Of a stretch of DNA of 32,000 nucleotides, positions 30,146 through 32,000 are shown in pieces. Position 1 is the stretch's first letter, and every line of letters starts with the position of its first letter. The DNA comes from Candidatus Saccharimonadota bacterium (GTDB taxonomy: Bacteria; Pseudomonadota; Gammaproteobacteria; Enterobacterales; Enterobacteriaceae). Location of the stretch: positions 30,001 to 62,000 of the forward strand of contig CP145874.1 in assembly GCA_041942055.1 (NCBI GenBank). Reading direction: 5' to 3'. Below the pieces are notes generated by a model, which saw nothing but the letters and a program-made list of their open reading frames with translations, made no database searches and was not told the DNA's origin. The translations under genes and the position numbers were made by a program.

Positions 30146-30221
30146 GCCTGGATAGCTCAGTTGGTAGAGCAAGGGACTGAAAATCCCTGTGTCGGTGGTT
30201 CAATTCCACCTCCAGGCACCA
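30146..30221 (+). tRNA. pheV: tRNA-Phe (anticodon GAA), CCA encoded
   Basis: The 76-nt sequence folds by hand into a cloverleaf: acceptor GCCTGGA/TCCAGGC, D-arm GCTC/GAGC, anticodon arm AGGGA-CTGAAAA-TCCCT, T-arm GGTGG-TTCAATT-CCACC, discriminator A and a 3' CCA. It is close to E. coli tRNA-Phe. The symbol is only a generic tRNA-Phe label. Confidence 0.97.
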
Positions 30222-30281
30222 TAAATTTTATTACTTATAATAAGGCACTCTAATAGATTTAAAAAAAAATCAATCAGATAC

Positions 30282-30734
30282 ATGTTGGTTTATTCAATGG
30301 TGTGTAAGAATATTGTGAAATTAACTAAATATAAAAGGCGTCGTGCACGTGAATATGTCCTCCAAGCACTTTATGCTTGGCAGTTATCTGGTAATGACAT
30401 AGCTGACATTGAGTCTCAGTTATTCTTTCAACCGGATACTAAACAAATAGACATACTATATTTTACTGAATTATTAAGAGGTGTTATAACTTATAAAAAA
30501 GATTTAGATCTAATAATCGAACAAAATATTAGTAGAAAATTAGATAAAATAGGACCAATAGAAAAATCTATTTTACGATTATCTTTATTTGAATTAATTC
30601 AATTTCATAACATACCGTATAAAGTAATAATCAATGAAGGAATAGAATTAGCAAAAACATTTGGGGCAGAAGAGAGTTATAAATTTATTAATGCTGTATT
30701 AGATAATGCTACTATAAAAATACGTCCTAAATAA
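30282..30734 (+). CDS. nusB: Transcription antitermination factor NusB
   Basis: The core RRRAREYVLQALYAWQLSGNDIADIE...PYKVIINEGIELAKTFGAEESYKFINAVLD is collinear with E. coli NusB (139 aa). The start is uncertain: ATG 30282 (150 aa), ATG 30297 or GTG 30315 (the best length match). None has a strong Shine-Dalgarno sequence. Confidence 0.9.
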   Translation: MLVYSMVCKNIVKLTKYKRRRAREYVLQALYAWQLSGNDIADIESQLFFQPDTKQIDILYFTELLRGVITYKKDLDLIIEQNISRKLDKIGPIEKSILRLSLFELIQFHNIPYKVIINEGIELAKTFGAEESYKFINAVLDNATIKIRPK

Positions 30735-30922
30735 TCATGTTAGGTTTTCTTCTAATTCTCAAATAAACCTTTAGGCCATGGTTGAGTTTGGTTTAACTTT
30801 CATATCATTCTTGTTCATCGCTTTATTTATCTTTTTATATAGGAATACTTATTATTAGAATGAATGACTTGGTCTACCCAAAGTAAAAAATTCAAATCGC
30901 TAGCTACTAACTTAACTAATCA

Positions 30923-31429
30923 ATGAAAATCAGTTTAATTGCAGCAATCGCCAATAATAATGTGATTGGAAGAAATAATACCATTCCTTGGCATTTACCA
31001 GCAGACTTAAATTGGTTTAAAAAACATACTTTTAACAAACCAGTCCTTATGGGACGTTATACATGGCAATCCTTAAAAAAACCCTTATTAGGAAGGCATA
31101 ATATTGTAGTTAGCAAATCTATTACTAACAACTATACTACTGATTATCATATTAGTTTAGTACCCTCAATAGAATTAGCCATAGATTTAGCATTAAAGTT
31201 GGATTTTAAAGAAATTATGGTAATAGGAGGAGAAAATATATATCGACAAATGATAAACTATGCTGACAGTATTTATCTTACATATATTGATCTAGAAGTT
31301 GAAGGAGACACTTATTTTCCAATTTATTCTAGCAAAGAATGGATTTCTATATTTCAAGAATTTCATTCGGTAGATGATAAAAATCATTATAGTTATTATT
31401 TTGAAATTCTTAATCGTATAAAAAAGTAA
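30923..31429 (+). CDS. folA: Dihydrofolate reductase FolA
   Basis: 168-aa ORF. MKISLIAAIANNNVIGRNNTIPWHLPADLNWFKKHTFNKPVLMGRYTWQSL matches the E. coli DHFR N-terminus, and VIGGENIY is present. Confidence 0.94.
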   Translation: MKISLIAAIANNNVIGRNNTIPWHLPADLNWFKKHTFNKPVLMGRYTWQSLKKPLLGRHNIVVSKSITNNYTTDYHISLVPSIELAIDLALKLDFKEIMVIGGENIYRQMINYADSIYLTYIDLEVEGDTYFPIYSSKEWISIFQEFHSVDDKNHYSYYFEILNRIKK

Positions 31430-31436
31430 ATTGATA

Positions 31437-31509
31437 CTCCCCTGACTGGACTCGAACCAGTGACATACGGATTAACAGTCCGTCGTTCTACCAACTGAAC
31501 TACAGAGGA
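31437..31509 (-). tRNA. asnT: tRNA-Asn (anticodon GUU), no encoded CCA
   Basis: The reverse complement is TCCTCTGTAGTTCAGTTGGTAGAACGACGGACTGTTAATCCGTATGTCACTGGTTCGAGTCCAGTCAGGGGAG. This is nearly identical to E. coli tRNA-Asn, with the cloverleaf intact (one G-U pair in the acceptor stem) and discriminator G followed by TAT rather than CCA. The symbol is only a generic tRNA-Asn label. Confidence 0.96.
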
Positions 31510-31517
31510 AAATTACT

Positions 31518-31546
31518 ATTTTAAAAAATCCTCTTTCTATTGTCAA
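31518..31546 (-). promoter_or_regulatory. Near-consensus sigma70-type promoter directly upstream of tRNA-Asn
   Basis: The minus strand reads TTGACA (31546-31541), a 17-nt spacer, TAAAAT (31523-31518), then 8 nt to the mature tRNA 5' end at 31509. It lies inside the 44-nt asnS/tRNA-Asn spacer. Confidence 0.45.
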
Positions 31547-31553
31547 TTACTAA

Positions 31554-32000
31554 TTAAATTTTAGCATTACGTGGTGTACGTGGAAATGGGACAGTGTCTT
31601 TAATATTTTGGATTCCAGTTACATAGGCTATTAATCGTTCGAAACCTAGACCAAATCCTGAATGGGGTACAGTTCCATAACGACGTAAATCACGATACCA
31701 CCAATATTCTTCTGTTTTGATTCCTTTTTCACACATCTTTTGGTCCAGAACATTTAACCGTTCTTCACGCTGTGAACCACCAATAATTTCTCCTATCCCA
31801 GGAACTAGAATATCTAAAGAGGCTACAGTTTTATTATCATCATTAAGACGCATATAAAATGGTTTTATATCTTTTGGATAATTTATTACTCCTAGTGGAC
31901 ACTTAAAATATTGTTCTGCTAAATAACGTTCATGTTCTGATGATAAATCTATTCCCCAAAAAACTTGGTTTTTAAACTTTTTATTACTTGATAAAAGTAT
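31554..32000 (-). CDS. asnS: Asparagine--tRNA ligase AsnS, C-terminal fragment (5' end lies outside the window)
   Basis: The frame is open from the window edge (32000) to the TAA at 31554-31556. The translation ...[40 protein letters not shown]...GGSQREERL...[22 protein letters not shown]...[10 protein letters not shown] matches class IIb AsnS motifs 2 and 3 and the E. coli C-terminus. Confidence 0.95.
   Translation of the reverse strand: MLLSSNKKFKNQVFWGIDLSSEHERYLAEQYFKCPLGVINYPKDIKPFYMRLNDDNKTVASLDILVPGIGEIIGGSQREERLNVLDQKMCEKGIKTEEYWWYRDLRRYGTVPHSGFGLGFERLIAYVTGIQNIKDTVPFPRTPRNAKI

Noticed and set aside
30778-30858. 26-codon hydrophobic mini-ORF (MVEFGLTFISFLFIALFIFLYRNTYY) in the 188-bp nusB|folA spacer.
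   Set aside because: T-rich spacer DNA readily yields Phe/Leu/Ile-rich pseudo-ORFs. The only Shine-Dalgarno-like AGG is 2-3 nt from the ATG, which is too close. Without conservation or expression data this is not a supportable gene.
1-32000. Possibility that the window hides a novel multi-gene system (defence island, toxin-antitoxin, CRISPR, mobile element, secretion or biosynthetic cluster).
   Set aside because: Every ORF above about 100 aa has a confident housekeeping identity and E. coli-like synteny. I saw no direct-repeat arrays, no terminal inverted repeats, and no integrase, transposase or phage genes. No orphan ORFs are left over. Claiming a new system would not be supported by the sequence.

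Overview
This is an AT-rich window (about 28-30% G+C by eye) that looks like an ordinary core region of a strongly reduced gammaproteobacterial genome. The source is most likely an Enterobacterales-derived obligate insect endosymbiont of the Blochmannia or Buchnera type, but the taxon cannot be fixed without a database search. The window holds 32 protein-coding genes (surA and asnS run off the window edges) and two tRNA genes (Phe-GAA and Asn-GUU). All are housekeeping genes with clear E. coli orthologues. They cover replication and topology (dnaB, ssb, gyrA), nucleotide metabolism (pyrC, guaBA, ndk, rdgB, folA, glyA) and the complete iscRSUA-hscBA-fdx Fe-S assembly operon. They also cover translation and RNA modification (hisS, asnS, rsmA, rlmN, tadA, der, nusB), isoprenoid synthesis (ispG) and the envelope (ompA, surA, yfgM, a yjcE-like antiporter). 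The standard code applies: TGA is used as a stop in yjcE and TGG encodes Trp. Coding density is very high and many junctions are 0-50 bp. Positions 9181-27048 are collinear with the E. coli guaA...tadA region, with many genes cleanly deleted. I found no CRISPR array, IS or transposon, prophage, toxin-antitoxin, defence or secondary-metabolite genes, and nothing I can defend as a novel multi-gene system. The observations worth a second look are smaller in scale:
- HscA lacks the whole C-terminal helical lid.
- IscR is retained together with a near-consensus palindromic type-1 IscR operator.
- A 439-bp ORF-free spacer sits at the glyA|iscR deletion scar.
- GyrA has Met at the Ser83-equivalent QRDR position and lacks the acidic C-tail.
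- asnS is followed by tRNA-Asn, which has its own near-consensus promoter and no encoded CCA.
- The ompA translation-initiation leader is conserved.
- hisS and yfgM overlap by 29 nt.
- Several in-frame A/T homopolymer tracts of 9-10 nt lie inside genes.
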